Assembly (NCBI GenBank): GCA_035480635.1
Contig: DATIHN010000019.1
Location: 16,260 to 80,259 of the forward strand
Direction of reading: 5' to 3'
Source: Candidatus Saccharimonadales bacterium
Lineage (GTDB): Bacteria; Patescibacteriota; Saccharimonadia; UBA4664; DATIHN01
Length of the DNA: 64,000 nucleotides
The translations under genes and the position numbers were made by a program. This document shows positions 1 through 10,590 of this stretch, piece after piece. Positions within the stretch are counted from its first letter, which is position 1, and every line of letters starts with the position of its first letter. The notes below the pieces were generated by a model. The model did not search any database. It worked only from the letters and a program-made list of their open reading frames with translations, and was not told the DNA's origin.

Positions 1-1
1 A

Positions 2-1531
2 GTTTCGCGCTCACTAGCAGCATGCGAGGGGGCCGTTTTGGTGGTTGATGCGGCCCAAGGGATCCAAGCCCAAACCCTGGCCAATGTCTATTTGGCCATT
101 GAGGCTGGGCTTACTATTATCCCAGTTATTAACAAAATCGACTTGCCGGCGGCCGAACCGGATCGTGTGGCAGGGGAGTTGTCCAAACTACTGGGGATTG
201 AACCGGACTCAGTTTTGAGAGTATCGGCCAAGCAGGGGACGGGTGTGGAGGCTTTGCTCGATCGAATCGTGGCTGAAGTGCCGCCACCCAAAGGGGAGAT
301 CGATCAACCGCTCAGAGCACTGATCTTCGATTCACTTTATGACCCCTATCGCGGCGTGGTGCTATATTTACGGGTGGTCGATGGCAGTCTTGATGCCAAT
401 ACTTCAATTAGCCTGATGGGCTCTAAACAAGCCGGTTCAGCAATCGATGTGGGTATCTTTAAACCTCAACAAACCCCCGTAGCCAACTTGGGCACCGGCC
501 AAATTGGTTACGCCGTAACCAATTTTCGTTCTGTTAGCGAGGCCAGAGTCGGGGACACTATGACCACGGCCTCTACCCCAGCCACCGATCCCCTACCTGG
601 ATATCGTCAGATCAAACCCTTCGTTTACGCTGGCATTTTTGCGAGTTCGCAAGAACAATATCCGGCCTTAAGAGACGCTTTAACTAAACTGCAACTCAAC
701 GACGCGGCGCTAAGTTTTACGCCCGAAAACTCGCAGATTCTAGGCTTTGGTTTTCGGGTTGGTTTTTTGGGGCTACTGCATTTGGAAATTGTGACCGAAC
801 GCTTGGAGCGCGAATACGGCCTAGAAATCGTGGCCACAAATCCCTCAACCGACTACCAAATCTTACTTAAAACTGGCAGCAAAAATACGGTTCGATCAGC
901 CGCCGAATTACCCGATCCGTCGCAGATCGAAGCGATCCAAGAGCCTTGGATTAAGGGTGAAATTGTCGTGCCGGAAACCTACGTTGGTGGCATCATCGGT
1001 TTAATTAATCAGATCCGCGGGCACCAAACCAATTTGAACTATCTCGATCAAAGTCTGGCCGTAATCGATTTCGAAGCGCCGTTAGCCAACGTCTTAACCG
1101 ATTTCTACGATTCGCTCAAAAGCCTGACCAGTGGCTATGGCTCCTTTAGTTATGAATTGTCTGATTATCGGATTGAAGATTTGGTCCGCTTAGATATTTT
1201 GGTTGGCGGCCAATTGGTTGATAGCTTGAGTGGTATCGTTCACCGCGATGAGTCTTATCGGATTGGTAAAGCCATGGTCGATAAGCTCAAAGAAGTCATT
1301 CCCCGCCAGCTCTTCGAAGTCAGCTTGCAGGCCGCCATCGGTGGTAAAATCATTGCTCGCGAAGACATCAAAGCTTTGGGTAAAAACGTCACTGCTAAAC
1401 TTTATGGCGGCGACGTCACCCGCAAAAATAAACTCTTAGACAAACAAAAGGCTGGCAAGAAAAAGATGAAACGCATTGGTAAAGTCGATATTCCGGCCGA
1501 GGCCTTTATGGTGCTGGTCAAGCGGGGCTAG
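2..1531 (+). CDS. lepA: Elongation factor 4 (LepA), 5'-truncated by window edge
   Basis: Frame open from nt 2 (VSRSLAACEGAVLVVDAAQGIQAQT); NKID GTPase motif; GFRVGFLGLLH; C-terminal LYGGDVTRKNKLLDKQKAGKKKMK. Confidence 0.98.
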   Translation, partial: VSRSLAACEGAVLVVDAAQGIQAQTLANVYLAIEAGLTIIPVINKIDLPAAEPDRVAGELSKLLGIEPDSVLRVSAKQGTGVEALLDRIVAEVPPPKGEIDQPLRALIFDSLYDPYRGVVLYLRVVDGSLDANTSISLMGSKQAGSAIDVGIFKPQQTPVANLGTGQIGYAVTNFRSVSEARVGDTMTTASTPATDPLPGYRQIKPFVYAGIFASSQEQYPALRDALTKLQLNDAALSFTPENSQILGFGFRVGFLGLLHLEIVTERLEREYGLEIVATNPSTDYQILLKTGSKNTVRSAAELPDPSQIEAIQEPWIKGEIVVPETYVGGIIGLINQIRGHQTNLNYLDQSLAVIDFEAPLANVLTDFYDSLKSLTSGYGSFSYELSDYRIEDLVRLDILVGGQLVDSLSGIVHRDESYRIGKAMVDKLKEVIPRQLFEVSLQAAIGGKIIAREDIKALGKNVTAKLYGGDVTRKNKLLDKQKAGKKKMKRIGKVDIPAEAFMVLVKRG

Positions 1532-2010
1532 GACAATCGCTGTAAAATGGCTGATTCATCTATATCTGCCCGCCCAAGTTCCCTGGCCTGATCGGCAGAT
1601 TTTTTGATTAGAAAATCGGTATCGTGCCATTCAAGCACGCTGCTACTTTCGGGATCATTGCTATCACGCAGACCGGCATCAAGTTTAATCAATTGGCAAC
1701 GAAAATAGAGAGTAGTTTTTTCGATTTCGCGACCGTTTTCGCTAAATTTGGCAACGATCGGGCCTAGATATTCTGCAATATTAACTTCCGCACCCATTTC
1801 TTCCAAGCAACCACGTTGGACTGCGGCCTCGAGCGCTTCATTTGGTTCCACGGTTTCGCGCATTAATAAATACAGATCGTGGAAGACGGGGCCAAAATGT
1901 TTAGTTTCGAGGTGATGGTGACAGAGCACCTGGCCTTTGTCATTAACTATTATGGCGCCAACTGAAAGATGATGGTGGTTTTCGGCACTGTGTCGGTAAA
2001 TATTTGTCAT
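1528..2010 (-). CDS. NUDIX-family hydrolase (degenerate Nudix box)
   Basis: SVGAIIVN...ETVEPNEALEAAVQRGCLEEMG. Confidence 0.7.
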   Translation of the reverse strand: MTNIYRHSAENHHHLSVGAIIVNDKGQVLCHHHLETKHFGPVFHDLYLLMRETVEPNEALEAAVQRGCLEEMGAEVNIAEYLGPIVAKFSENGREIEKTTLYFRCQLIKLDAGLRDSNDPESSSVLEWHDTDFLIKKSADQARELGRADIDESAILQRLS

Positions 2011-2792
2011 AATAGCCGCAGCTTATCCTGTGCGATGATAATTTCACCCTGGAAAAGTTTGCGGGCGCTGTCAGTAATAACCTCATCAGTTTCTGCCCCG
2101 TCATACAAGTGCGAGAACACCAGTTTTTTAACCCCAGCCTTAGCGGCTATTTGGGCGCCCTCTTGCGGTGCCATATGGCCTGGCACCAAGCCCTTTTCGG
2201 CGTATTGCTTGGTTGAGAATGAGGCTTCGATAATGGCAATATCGGCGTTCGTGGCCAATTCAACCAGGTTCTCGCTCAGACCAGAATCGCCTGAATACAT
2301 AACAACTTGACCCTCAGCCTCTAACCTTACTGCGATGGCCTTCATAAACTGCTCCATGTGCGGCACCAACTTGGTCATCACTTTAACGCCGCTCAAATCA
2401 AATTCGTCGTCACCATGTTCGTGGACACTCAGCGGATAGGTGATGGCTCGATCGGGGTAAAACAGCTGCATTAAGGTATCAAAGTCGGCTTTTAAACCAG
2501 GGTAGCCGTGGATTTCAAAGGGGGCTTTACGTTCTGGGATTAGACCGCGCAGGCCGGCTTGGTGAACGGAAATCAAATTAGATATAAGATCTCCAATGTG
2601 ATCTGGGTGCCGGTGGCTGATGATTAAAAAATCAATATCTGCCAACGTCAGTCCGAGTTCTTTTAGACGTAGCGAACTATGGATACCAATATCGAGTAGG
2701 AGTTTTTTATCGTCTGTCTCAACGAGATATGACGAGCCATATCGGTTGGGCGTTACCAAATTGGTGCCGGTACCTACGGCCGTTACCTTCAT
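2007..2792 (-). CDS. Metallo-beta-lactamase fold hydrolase, RNase Z-like
   Basis: SHRHPDH motif, YSGDS, EAS, GH, SHLY. Confidence 0.85.
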   Translation of the reverse strand: MKVTAVGTGTNLVTPNRYGSSYLVETDDKKLLLDIGIHSSLRLKELGLTLADIDFLIISHRHPDHIGDLISNLISVHQAGLRGLIPERKAPFEIHGYPGLKADFDTLMQLFYPDRAITYPLSVHEHGDDEFDLSGVKVMTKLVPHMEQFMKAIAVRLEAEGQVVMYSGDSGLSENLVELATNADIAIIEASFSTKQYAEKGLVPGHMAPQEGAQIAAKAGVKKLVFSHLYDGAETDEVITDSARKLFQGEIIIAQDKLRLL

Positions 2793-3241
2793 TTGGCGAG
2801 GGCCTCAAAGTCCTCTAGAATCTGCATGGCGTGTTGGTCTGGTTTGACTTTCTCGTAAGTTTTTACGATTTCGCCCTTGGGATTTATCAAATAAGTGTTG
2901 CGCAAAGTGCCTTCGAATTCGCGACCCATAAACTTCTTGAGACCCCAAGATTTGTAGGCTTTGATGGTCGTAAGCTCTGGGTCAGCTAGCAGGGTAAAGT
3001 TGAGCTGATACTTATCCACGAACTTTTTGTGGCTAGCGACTGTATCTTTACTAACGCCTGCGACTTCCAGCCCGGCCTCGACTAAAGCCTGTCGGCCATC
3101 ACGAAAACTGCAAGCTTCTTTGGTGCACCCCGGTGTGTCATCCTTGGGGTAAAAATATAATACTAGCCACTTACCGCGGTAGTCGGCTAGAGAATGGTTT
3201 TTGCCGTCTTGGTCAGGTAGATTGAAATCGGGCGCTTTCAT
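2789..3241 (-). CDS. bcp: Peroxiredoxin (BCP/PrxQ)
   Basis: YFYPKDDTPGCTKEAC motif. Confidence 0.95.
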   Translation of the reverse strand: MKAPDFNLPDQDGKNHSLADYRGKWLVLYFYPKDDTPGCTKEACSFRDGRQALVEAGLEVAGVSKDTVASHKKFVDKYQLNFTLLADPELTTIKAYKSWGLKKFMGREFEGTLRNTYLINPKGEIVKTYEKVKPDQHAMQILEDFEALAK

Positions 3242-3262
3242 GAATCTATTATATTCGATGTT

Positions 3263-3739
3263 CTAGAATTGAGATAACGCGAAGCGAAAGACATCCGTCT
3301 GAACTATTTCGAAACCCATCTTCAGATAAAGTTGTGCGGCCTCCGGACGGGCTTTTGAGTTGCAGGTCAGCTCAATATAATCCGCCGATTCCGACTTGGC
3401 AAAATCCACTGCGGCTTGAACTAGTGCCATGGCTGCACCTTGGCCGCGATTATTAGAATCAACCACAACGTCATCAATAAACGCTCGTTTTCTAACCGGG
3501 TGGCGCCAAACATGGACAGTGGTTGTACCGATATAGTTTCCATCTTTTGCCATGGCCATGAATAGTGCAGTATGTTCCTCGGCAATTATTTGTCGCAACT
3601 CCTCTTGGCCCAAGTGCGGAAAGATAGCTGTTTTAGGAGCGGAGTTGGTGAGCTGTTTGCACAGGGACTGCATGGCAAGAGTCAGCCTCTCATTAACCTC
3701 ATCGGCTTTGATGATCCGTTTTATTTCCATCCCACGCAT
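3263..3739 (-). CDS. GNAT-family N-acetyltransferase
   Basis: IDDVVVDSNNRGQGAA motif A; LYLKMGF. Confidence 0.85.
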   Translation of the reverse strand: MRGMEIKRIIKADEVNERLTLAMQSLCKQLTNSAPKTAIFPHLGQEELRQIIAEEHTALFMAMAKDGNYIGTTTVHVWRHPVRKRAFIDDVVVDSNNRGQGAAMALVQAAVDFAKSESADYIELTCNSKARPEAAQLYLKMGFEIVQTDVFRFALSQF

Positions 3740-3810
3740 TATAGCTTAACCTACCTACTTGCCTAAGCCTATCAGGAACGGTAGCATAAGGATAATATTA
3801 GGGGCGAAAA

Positions 3811-5409
3811 GTGGCAAACAAACCGACTAAATTCATTTTTGTGACAGGTGGTGTACTTTCCGGTTTGGGAAAGGGTATAACTGCCGCCTCAATCGGTAAC
3901 ATTCTCAAAGCCCGCGGTTTGAGCGTCAACATTCAGAAGTGCGATCCTTATCTAAATGTTGATGCCGGCACCTTAAACCCGCGCGAACATGGCGAGTGTT
4001 TTGTGACACATGATGGAGCTGAAACTGATTTGGATCTTGGCCACTACGAACGTTTTTTGGACCAGGAACTTAATCAGGCCAGTTCGCTAATGGCTGGACG
4101 AGTCCTTTTGCGGGTCATTCAGGACGAACGGGCGGGCAAATACGAGGGCGATGACGTTCAGATAATCCCCCATTTGACAGCAGCCATCCAGCGCTACATC
4201 CGCGAAGCTGGCGAGGGCTTTGATGTTCACATTGTCGAAATCGGCGGCACGGTTGGCGACTATGAAAGTTTAAGTTTTATTGAAGCGATTCGTGAACTTG
4301 GCATTGTGGTTGGCCAAGCCAACAGCCTTTACGTGCACGTAGTCTACCTGCCCTTCCTCGGCGCCAGCCAAGAAACCAAGACCAAGCCAGCCCAAAATTC
4401 AGTCCGAGAGTTGCGCGGTCTGGGCATTGCTCCGGATATCTTAGTCGCTCGCAGCGAAAAAACAGCTGCCAATGGCGCTAAACGTAAACTTAGCCTCTAC
4501 AGCGGTGTGCCAGAGGACGCTATTGCCTTATTACCTAACGCATCATCGATCTATGAGGTCCCATTAACGCTCGAAGATACCGGTATTGCCAAAGTCATAT
4601 GCCGACGCCTGGGGCTCGAGGTCAAAAAACCGAACTTGGACGCTTGGCGGGACGTGGTTGACCGGACTAAATCAGCTAAAAAGCAGCTTCTAAATGTTGG
4701 GGTTGTGGCAAAGTATATGGATAATCAGGACACCTATATGTCAGTTTTTGAGGCTTTGCGCTCAGCCGCCTACGCCGGTGATTTCGACATTCACATCAAA
4801 TGGATTGATGCTGAGAAATTGGAAAAATCTCGAGACGTTGGCAAAGTCTTAGGCGGCGTCCAAGGTCTAGTTGTACCAGGAGGTTTTGGCGTCAGGGGGC
4901 TCGAGGGCAAAATTAAGGCTGCTCAATACGCCCTGACACACGATCTGCCCTACTTAGGGCTTTGCCTAGGACTCCAGATGGGCATTGTGGCGGCAGCTCG
5001 CAACGGGGGACTGGCTCTAGCGACGTCAAAAGAACTTGATCCGCACAGTCCCGATCTGGTTATCAGTACAATGTCGGATCAGGAAGGCAAAGAAAATACT
5101 GGTGGCACTATGCGGCTGGGGAACTACCCTTGCGTACTAACAAAAGGGACCAAGTCAGCCAAACTTTACGGAGTGGGTATGGTCGAGGAGCGCCATCGCC
5201 ACCGTTATGAATGTAATAATGACTACCGGGATCAATATGAGTCCTGGGGAATTCGCGTAGCTGGAACTTCACCTGACGGAAAATTGGTCGAGATGATTGA
5301 GGCTAACAATCACCCTTTTTTTGTAGCCAGTCAGTTTCACCCCGAATTTAAATCCCGCCCTGGTCGTCCCCACCCATTATTTAAAGGCTTTATTGAAAGT
5401 TTGAAGTAA
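3811..5409 (+). CDS. pyrG: CTP synthase
   Basis: TGGVLSGLGKG, DPYLNVDAGT, GLCLG nucleophile, QFHPEF. Confidence 0.98.
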   Translation: MANKPTKFIFVTGGVLSGLGKGITAASIGNILKARGLSVNIQKCDPYLNVDAGTLNPREHGECFVTHDGAETDLDLGHYERFLDQELNQASSLMAGRVLLRVIQDERAGKYEGDDVQIIPHLTAAIQRYIREAGEGFDVHIVEIGGTVGDYESLSFIEAIRELGIVVGQANSLYVHVVYLPFLGASQETKTKPAQNSVRELRGLGIAPDILVARSEKTAANGAKRKLSLYSGVPEDAIALLPNASSIYEVPLTLEDTGIAKVICRRLGLEVKKPNLDAWRDVVDRTKSAKKQLLNVGVVAKYMDNQDTYMSVFEALRSAAYAGDFDIHIKWIDAEKLEKSRDVGKVLGGVQGLVVPGGFGVRGLEGKIKAAQYALTHDLPYLGLCLGLQMGIVAAARNGGLALATSKELDPHSPDLVISTMSDQEGKENTGGTMRLGNYPCVLTKGTKSAKLYGVGMVEERHRHRYECNNDYRDQYESWGIRVAGTSPDGKLVEMIEANNHPFFVASQFHPEFKSRPGRPHPLFKGFIESLK

Positions 5410-5419
5410 TTACGCTCTT

Positions 5420-5446
5420 TTAGCACTCTTGACGTGAGAGTGCTAA
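5420..5446 (+). promoter_or_regulatory. CIRCE element (HrcA operator), perfect consensus
   Basis: TTAGCACTC-N9-GAGTGCTAA upstream of hrcA. Confidence 0.97.
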
Positions 5447-5457
5447 ATTATTACAAT
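5429..5457 (+). promoter_or_regulatory. sigma70 promoter of heat-shock operon
   Basis: TTGACG-17 nt-TACAAT; -35 lies in the CIRCE spacer. Confidence 0.8.
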
Positions 5458-5465
5458 AATGGTAT

Positions 5466-5492
5466 CTGGCACTTTACCCCTGCAAGTGCCAA
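5466..5492 (+). promoter_or_regulatory. Second, variant CIRCE element
   Basis: CTGGCACTT-N9-AAGTGCCAA with symmetric substitutions. Confidence 0.8.
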
Positions 5493-5501
5493 AATAAGCC
5501 A

Positions 5502-6203
5502 ATGACTCCAAGACAAGCCCAAATTTTAGCATCTATCGTCGAAACTTACGCCCAAACAGCCGAACCGGTTGGTTCGCTGGCACTCAGTCAACAAATGACT
5601 TATTCGCCAGCCACTATTCGAGCCGAGATGATGGCCTTGGAGCAAACCGGCCTGATAACCCATCCCCATACCTCGGCCGGTCGAGTGCCGACCGATCAGG
5701 GTTATCGGCATTACGTTAACAATTTAGGCACCCCAGCCACTAACCGGCGAATCGAATATGCTTTAACCAAGCGCATTTCTGGCGCCGGTCCGGCCGATGA
5801 AGCCATCAAAACGGCTGCCAGCTCGCTATCTGAGCTAACCCATAATCTGGGGCTAGCAACTCTCTCGCAAGGCGTCTTCACGGCCGGCCTGACCCAGCTA
5901 TTTTCCCAGCCGGAATTCAGCGATCACTTGGCCGCTCGCCAAACCTATGAGGTCAGCCGCCTGCTAGACAGTTTGGATCAATGGTTGGTGGAAGCTGCTC
6001 CAACTGGGCGCGTTAGCGTCTACATTGGGGCCGAAAATCCGATTGGCAAATCCAGCGGCTGCTCACTGATCGTTTCCCGCTTTAGTTCACCTTACAGCGA
6101 TCGTAGCTACATCGGTGTGCTGGGACCAACGCGGCAAAACTATAACCAAGTTATTGGGCTGGTTGATTACGCCAGCCGCATATTGGAGGAAGAATTAGTA
6201 TGA
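5502..6203 (+). CDS. hrcA: Heat-inducible transcription repressor HrcA (short form)
   Basis: EPVGS, SPATIRAEM, HTSAGRVPTDQGYR, GVLGPTR; adjacent CIRCE. Confidence 0.95.
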   Translation: MTPRQAQILASIVETYAQTAEPVGSLALSQQMTYSPATIRAEMMALEQTGLITHPHTSAGRVPTDQGYRHYVNNLGTPATNRRIEYALTKRISGAGPADEAIKTAASSLSELTHNLGLATLSQGVFTAGLTQLFSQPEFSDHLAARQTYEVSRLLDSLDQWLVEAAPTGRVSVYIGAENPIGKSSGCSLIVSRFSSPYSDRSYIGVLGPTRQNYNQVIGLVDYASRILEEELV

Positions 6204-6685
6204 CGGCCGAAAAAAAGACAGCCAGAAAACCAAAACCGATCGGGTCCGATCAAGCTCTGGAGGAGCTCAAATCTGATTTGCAGCGGGTCCAGGCCGACTT
6301 TGTTAATTTTCGTCGTCGAATTGAAGGCGAGCGGGGAGAATTAATGGAATCCGCCAAGGTCATGGTGGTCGAGGAATTGCTACCTCTGTTCGATAACCTC
6401 GATCGCGCCCTCGCCCACGCTCCGGCTGAACTGGCGGGCAACGCTTGGGTGCAAGGCGTGGAACAAGTAGCTAAGCAGGTCACAGAAACTCTAGCGAACT
6501 TGGGTGTCGAGGTTTTTGGGGCGGTGGACGATCATTTTGACCCCAAACTGCACGAAGCCATTGCCCACGAGGGCGAGGGCGAAGCAATTATCGAAGTATT
6601 TCAAAAGGGCTATCGCAGCGGTGAGCGCGTTATCCGGCCGGCGATGGTCAAGGTCGGACACTTAAAGAAGGAAGGCAAGTCATGA
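6200..6685 (+). CDS. grpE: Nucleotide exchange factor GrpE
   Basis: ADFVNFRRR, FDPKLHEA, QKGY...RPAMVKV. Confidence 0.95.
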   Translation: MTAEKKTARKPKPIGSDQALEELKSDLQRVQADFVNFRRRIEGERGELMESAKVMVVEELLPLFDNLDRALAHAPAELAGNAWVQGVEQVAKQVTETLANLGVEVFGAVDDHFDPKLHEAIAHEGEGEAIIEVFQKGYRSGERVIRPAMVKVGHLKKEGKS

Positions 6686-6969
6686 CTATAGAACGTAATG
6701 GTGGTGAACCAGAATCTGACCAACAAGCTGCCGAGCGCTTAGCAGCTGAACTGGACATGCATAGTGCTGACACCGGAGAGATTGCTGACATATCGAAGAT
6801 TTCAAGAGCTACTTGGGAAGGTCGATCCGCGACTGACATCATCGCCGAGTATGGAGGGCTTGAGGGAGTTGAACGTCAGATTGGGTCGGATGCAGCTAGG
6901 GAGCTCGAAGAACGCGCTGTAAGAGAAGAAAAGGACGATATTGAAAGTCAAGAGAAAGGAGACAACTAA
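6682..6969 (+). CDS. Acidic hypothetical protein within dnaK operon
   Basis: 95-aa ORF, ATGA overlap with grpE and TAATG overlap with dnaK. Confidence 0.7.
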   Translation: MTIERNGGEPESDQQAAERLAAELDMHSADTGEIADISKISRATWEGRSATDIIAEYGGLEGVERQIGSDAARELEERAVREEKDDIESQEKGDN

Positions 6970-8903
6970 TGGGTAAAATTATCGGAATCGATTTAGGTAC
7001 AACTAACTCGGCCATGGCCGTTATGGAAGGCGGGCAACCGACCGTCGTTCCCAACGCCGAGGGTGGCCGCACTACGCCATCGGTGGTAGCAGTTAACAAA
7101 AATGGCGAACGCTTGGTGGGTCAAGTGGCTAAACGCCAAGCTGTTATCAATAGTGAAAACACCATCTTTAGCGTTAAGCGTCTAATCGGACGCAAGTTCG
7201 AAGACGATGAGGTTCAGCGCGATATCAAGCTGATGCCTTACAAGATTGAAAAGGGCAATGGTGGCGTCAAAGTCAAAATGGGAGATAAGAGCTACAGCCC
7301 AGAGGAAGTTTCGGCCATGATCCTAGCCAAGCTGAAGGCCGATGCCGAGGCTTTCACTGGCGGCCCAGTAACGGAAGCCGTTATCACTGTACCCGCCTAC
7401 TTTAACGATGCTCAACGCCAGGCCACCAAAGACGCTGGCAAGATCGCTGGTCTTGAGGTCAAACGCATTATCAACGAGCCGACCGCGGCCGCTTTGGCCT
7501 ACGGCCTCGATAAAAAGAAAGAAGAAAAGATTGTGGTTTACGATCTAGGTGGCGGTACCTTCGACGTATCCGTGTTGGAATTGGGCGATGGCGTCTTTGA
7601 AGTTAAAAGTACCAACGGTGACACCCATTTGGGTGGCGACGACTTTGACCTCGTCATCATGAACCACTTGGTGGATGAGCACAAGAAAGAGCAGGGCATT
7701 GATCTCAAAAATGACAAGGCCGCCCTGCAACGACTCAAAGAAGCCGCCGAGAAGGCCAAAATCGAACTGAGTTCCACCACCGAGAGCGAAATCAATCTAC
7801 CGTTCATTACGGCCGATGCTTCCGGTCCTAAGCATTTTACCCACAACCTAACGCGAGCCAAATTGGAGCAACTGGTCGGTGATCTGATCGAAAAAACTGC
7901 TAAACCTTGCCAGTCAGCGCTAAAGGATGCCGGTCTTAAGGCTAGCGACATCAACGAAGTCATCTTGGTTGGCGGTATGACTCGCATGCCGGCGGTTCAG
8001 GCCAAGGTTCAAGAACTCTTCGGCAAGGAACCCCTCAAGGGTGTTAACCCGGATGAGGTGGTGGCCATTGGTGCGGCCGTGCAAGGCGGTGTGCTGGCTG
8101 GCGACGTCAAAGACGTGCTATTGCTGGATGTAACTCCTCTGTCATTGGGGCTAGAAACCCTGGGCGGTGTATCGACCAAGCTGATTGAGCGCAACACCAC
8201 TATTCCGACTTCTAAGAGTCAGGTATTCTCAACCGCCGCCGATTCGCAAACGTCCGTTGAAATTAACGTATTGCAAGGTGAGCGCGAATTTGCCAAAGAC
8301 AACAAAAGTCTAGGCCGCTTCATTCTGGATGGCATCCCCCCGGCACCACGCGGCATACCGCAGGTCGAAGTGACTTTCAATATTGACGCTAACGGCATCG
8401 TTAACGTCAGTGCTAAAGATAAAGGCACTGGCAAGGAGCAACACATTACCATTCAGCAAAGCGGCAACTTGAGCGAGGATGAAATTAAGCGCATGCAAGC
8501 TGAGGCTGAGGCTCACGCTGATGAAGACAAGCAAAAGAAAGAGCAAATTGAGGCCAAGAATCAGCTTGATGGCATGATCTACACAGCCGAAAAAACCCTC
8601 AAAGACGCCGGCGATAAAGCATCAGATGAAGATAAAAAGGCGCTGGAAGAAGCCATCACCGAGGCCAAGACCAAGCTGGAGAGCGAAGACAAGGACGAGC
8701 TGGACAAGGCTGCTAGCGACCTGAGCGAAAAGATGCAAAAAGTTGGCGCCGCTATGTATGCGGCTGACGCCCCTGGAACCGATGGTGCCCCGGAAGAAGT
8801 CGAAGCTACCGAGAAAGACGGTGAACCGGTTGAGGGTGAGGTGGTCGAGCCCGACGCTGCCTCCGGGCCAAGCGAAAGTGAAAATCCGAAAGAAGAAAAA
8901 TAA
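6969..8903 (+). CDS. dnaK: Chaperone DnaK
   Basis: [34 protein letters not shown]. Confidence 0.99.
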   Translation: MGKIIGIDLGTTNSAMAVMEGGQPTVVPNAEGGRTTPSVVAVNKNGERLVGQVAKRQAVINSENTIFSVKRLIGRKFEDDEVQRDIKLMPYKIEKGNGGVKVKMGDKSYSPEEVSAMILAKLKADAEAFTGGPVTEAVITVPAYFNDAQRQATKDAGKIAGLEVKRIINEPTAAALAYGLDKKKEEKIVVYDLGGGTFDVSVLELGDGVFEVKSTNGDTHLGGDDFDLVIMNHLVDEHKKEQGIDLKNDKAALQRLKEAAEKAKIELSSTTESEINLPFITADASGPKHFTHNLTRAKLEQLVGDLIEKTAKPCQSALKDAGLKASDINEVILVGGMTRMPAVQAKVQELFGKEPLKGVNPDEVVAIGAAVQGGVLAGDVKDVLLLDVTPLSLGLETLGGVSTKLIERNTTIPTSKSQVFSTAADSQTSVEINVLQGEREFAKDNKSLGRFILDGIPPAPRGIPQVEVTFNIDANGIVNVSAKDKGTGKEQHITIQQSGNLSEDEIKRMQAEAEAHADEDKQKKEQIEAKNQLDGMIYTAEKTLKDAGDKASDEDKKALEEAITEAKTKLESEDKDELDKAASDLSEKMQKVGAAMYAADAPGTDGAPEEVEATEKDGEPVEGEVVEPDAASGPSESENPKEEK

Positions 8904-8913
8904 GAGGTGAGGC

Positions 8914-9486
8914 ATGACTAAGCTAAGCGACAAAATAAGAAAAGAACTTAGCTTAGTCGAGTCTCCGTCCGAGATGCCAATTAAGATTATTGCCGTCGAT
9001 GGACATGGCGGTTCGGGAAAATCAACTTTGGCTGGACAACTATCTCAAGAACTAGGGGCGACAGTTGCGCAGGTGGATGACTTTGCATCATTCGACAACC
9101 CATCTGACTGGACAGAAAAATTCGTTGAATCTGTTATTAAGCCAATTAAAGCTGGAGCTAAGAGCCTAAGCTATTCTCGCAGCAAATGGTGGCCGGATCA
9201 CGACCCTCAGCCAGTTGAAGGACAACTTGTTACCCCAATCATGATCCTTGATGGTGTTAGGTCAAACCGAAAAGAGCTTAGACCTTATTTAGCGTATTCT
9301 ATTTGGGTTGAAACCCCCGAAGACCTATGTTTGGCGCGAGGCATAGAGCGAGACAAAAAACAGGGTACCGAGGAAGATATCAAAAAGATTTGGCAAGATT
9401 GGCTTAAAGATGAAAATGCCTATATTCAGCGAGATCAACCGAAAGAGAACTCAGATATAATTGTTGATGGTACAGAGGGTTACTAA
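8914..9486 (+). CDS. Uridine kinase-like P-loop NTPase
   Basis: [14 protein letters not shown] Walker A; VDDF; RGIERD. Confidence 0.8.
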   Translation: MTKLSDKIRKELSLVESPSEMPIKIIAVDGHGGSGKSTLAGQLSQELGATVAQVDDFASFDNPSDWTEKFVESVIKPIKAGAKSLSYSRSKWWPDHDPQPVEGQLVTPIMILDGVRSNRKELRPYLAYSIWVETPEDLCLARGIERDKKQGTEEDIKKIWQDWLKDENAYIQRDQPKENSDIIVDGTEGY

Positions 9487-10586
9487 TGGCAACGACTAAA
9501 AAAGATTATTACGAAGTTCTGGGCGTGGCCAAAACGGCATCTGATGAGGAAATCAAAAAAGCCTATCGCAAGCTGGCCATGGAGCATCATCCGGATAAGC
9601 ATGGCGGCAGCGATGCCAAGTTCAAAGAGGTGGGCGAGGCTTACGAAGTCCTAAAAGATCCGCAGAAGCGTCAGGCTTACGATCAGTTTGGACATGCCGA
9701 TGCTCAGGGCAATCCTTTTGGTGGTGGCGCTGGCGGAGCTGGCTTTGACCCCAACAACTTTGACTTTAGTAACATGGGCGGCGTTGGCGATATCTTCGAT
9801 ATGTTCTTCCGCGGAGGCGCTGGCGGCCGAGCCCGCCCCCAAAGTGGCCGTGACCTTCAAGTTACCTTAACGCTCGATTTCAAAGAGGCCGTCTTTGGTG
9901 CCACTCGCGAAATCCAATTGGACCTAGACGACACCTGTGATCGTTGCGCCGGCAAAATGGCCGAACCGGGCAGCGGGCTTAAGCAATGCCCGACTTGCGA
10001 TGGCAGTGGCGTGGTAACCAAAGTTCAAAGCACCATTTTGGGCAGTTTCCAACAGCAAAGCATTTGTGGCACCTGCGAGGGGCTGGGTGAAGTACCAGAA
10101 AAGCCCTGCACCAAATGCCATGGCAGTGGGGTGGTGCACAAGGCCAGAAAGATCACTATCAAAATCCCGGCTGGGGTCGATAATGATGCAACTATTCGCA
10201 TGAGCGGCCAAGGTGCTGCCACTCGAGGCGGTCGCAAAGGTGATCTTTATGTTCAGATTTTAGTTCGCAGTAGCAATCAATTTACCCGCAGCGGCCACAA
10301 TATTTTGAGCCAAGCTACCATCGGCATGGCTGATGCTGCTTTGGGCACCGAGGTGCCGGTGGAGACGGTTGATGGCCCAGTTAAATTGAAAGTTCCAGCC
10401 GGCACACAAAGCGGCAAAGTTATTAAATTGAGCGATCGGGGTGTGCCGCTAGTTAATAGCTCGCGCCGGGGCGATCACTTAGTGACGGTTAACGTCATAA
10501 CGCCAACTAAGTTAACCCAGCATCAAAAACAGCTATTGGAAGAGTTCGCCAAAGATGACGGTAAAAAACATTTTTGGAATAAATAG
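9486..10586 (+). CDS. dnaJ: Chaperone DnaJ
   Basis: J domain HPD, G/F-rich region, four CxxCxGxG-type zinc motifs. Confidence 0.98.
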   Translation: MATTKKDYYEVLGVAKTASDEEIKKAYRKLAMEHHPDKHGGSDAKFKEVGEAYEVLKDPQKRQAYDQFGHADAQGNPFGGGAGGAGFDPNNFDFSNMGGVGDIFDMFFRGGAGGRARPQSGRDLQVTLTLDFKEAVFGATREIQLDLDDTCDRCAGKMAEPGSGLKQCPTCDGSGVVTKVQSTILGSFQQQSICGTCEGLGEVPEKPCTKCHGSGVVHKARKITIKIPAGVDNDATIRMSGQGAATRGGRKGDLYVQILVRSSNQFTRSGHNILSQATIGMADAALGTEVPVETVDGPVKLKVPAGTQSGKVIKLSDRGVPLVNSSRRGDHLVTVNVITPTKLTQHQKQLLEEFAKDDGKKHFWNK

Positions 10587-10590
10587 ATAT

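Noticed and set aside
7538-8933. Several antisense ORFs within dnaK (similar ones in pilB, rny, S8 protease, RND gene)
   Set aside because: Expected shadow frames of conserved genes
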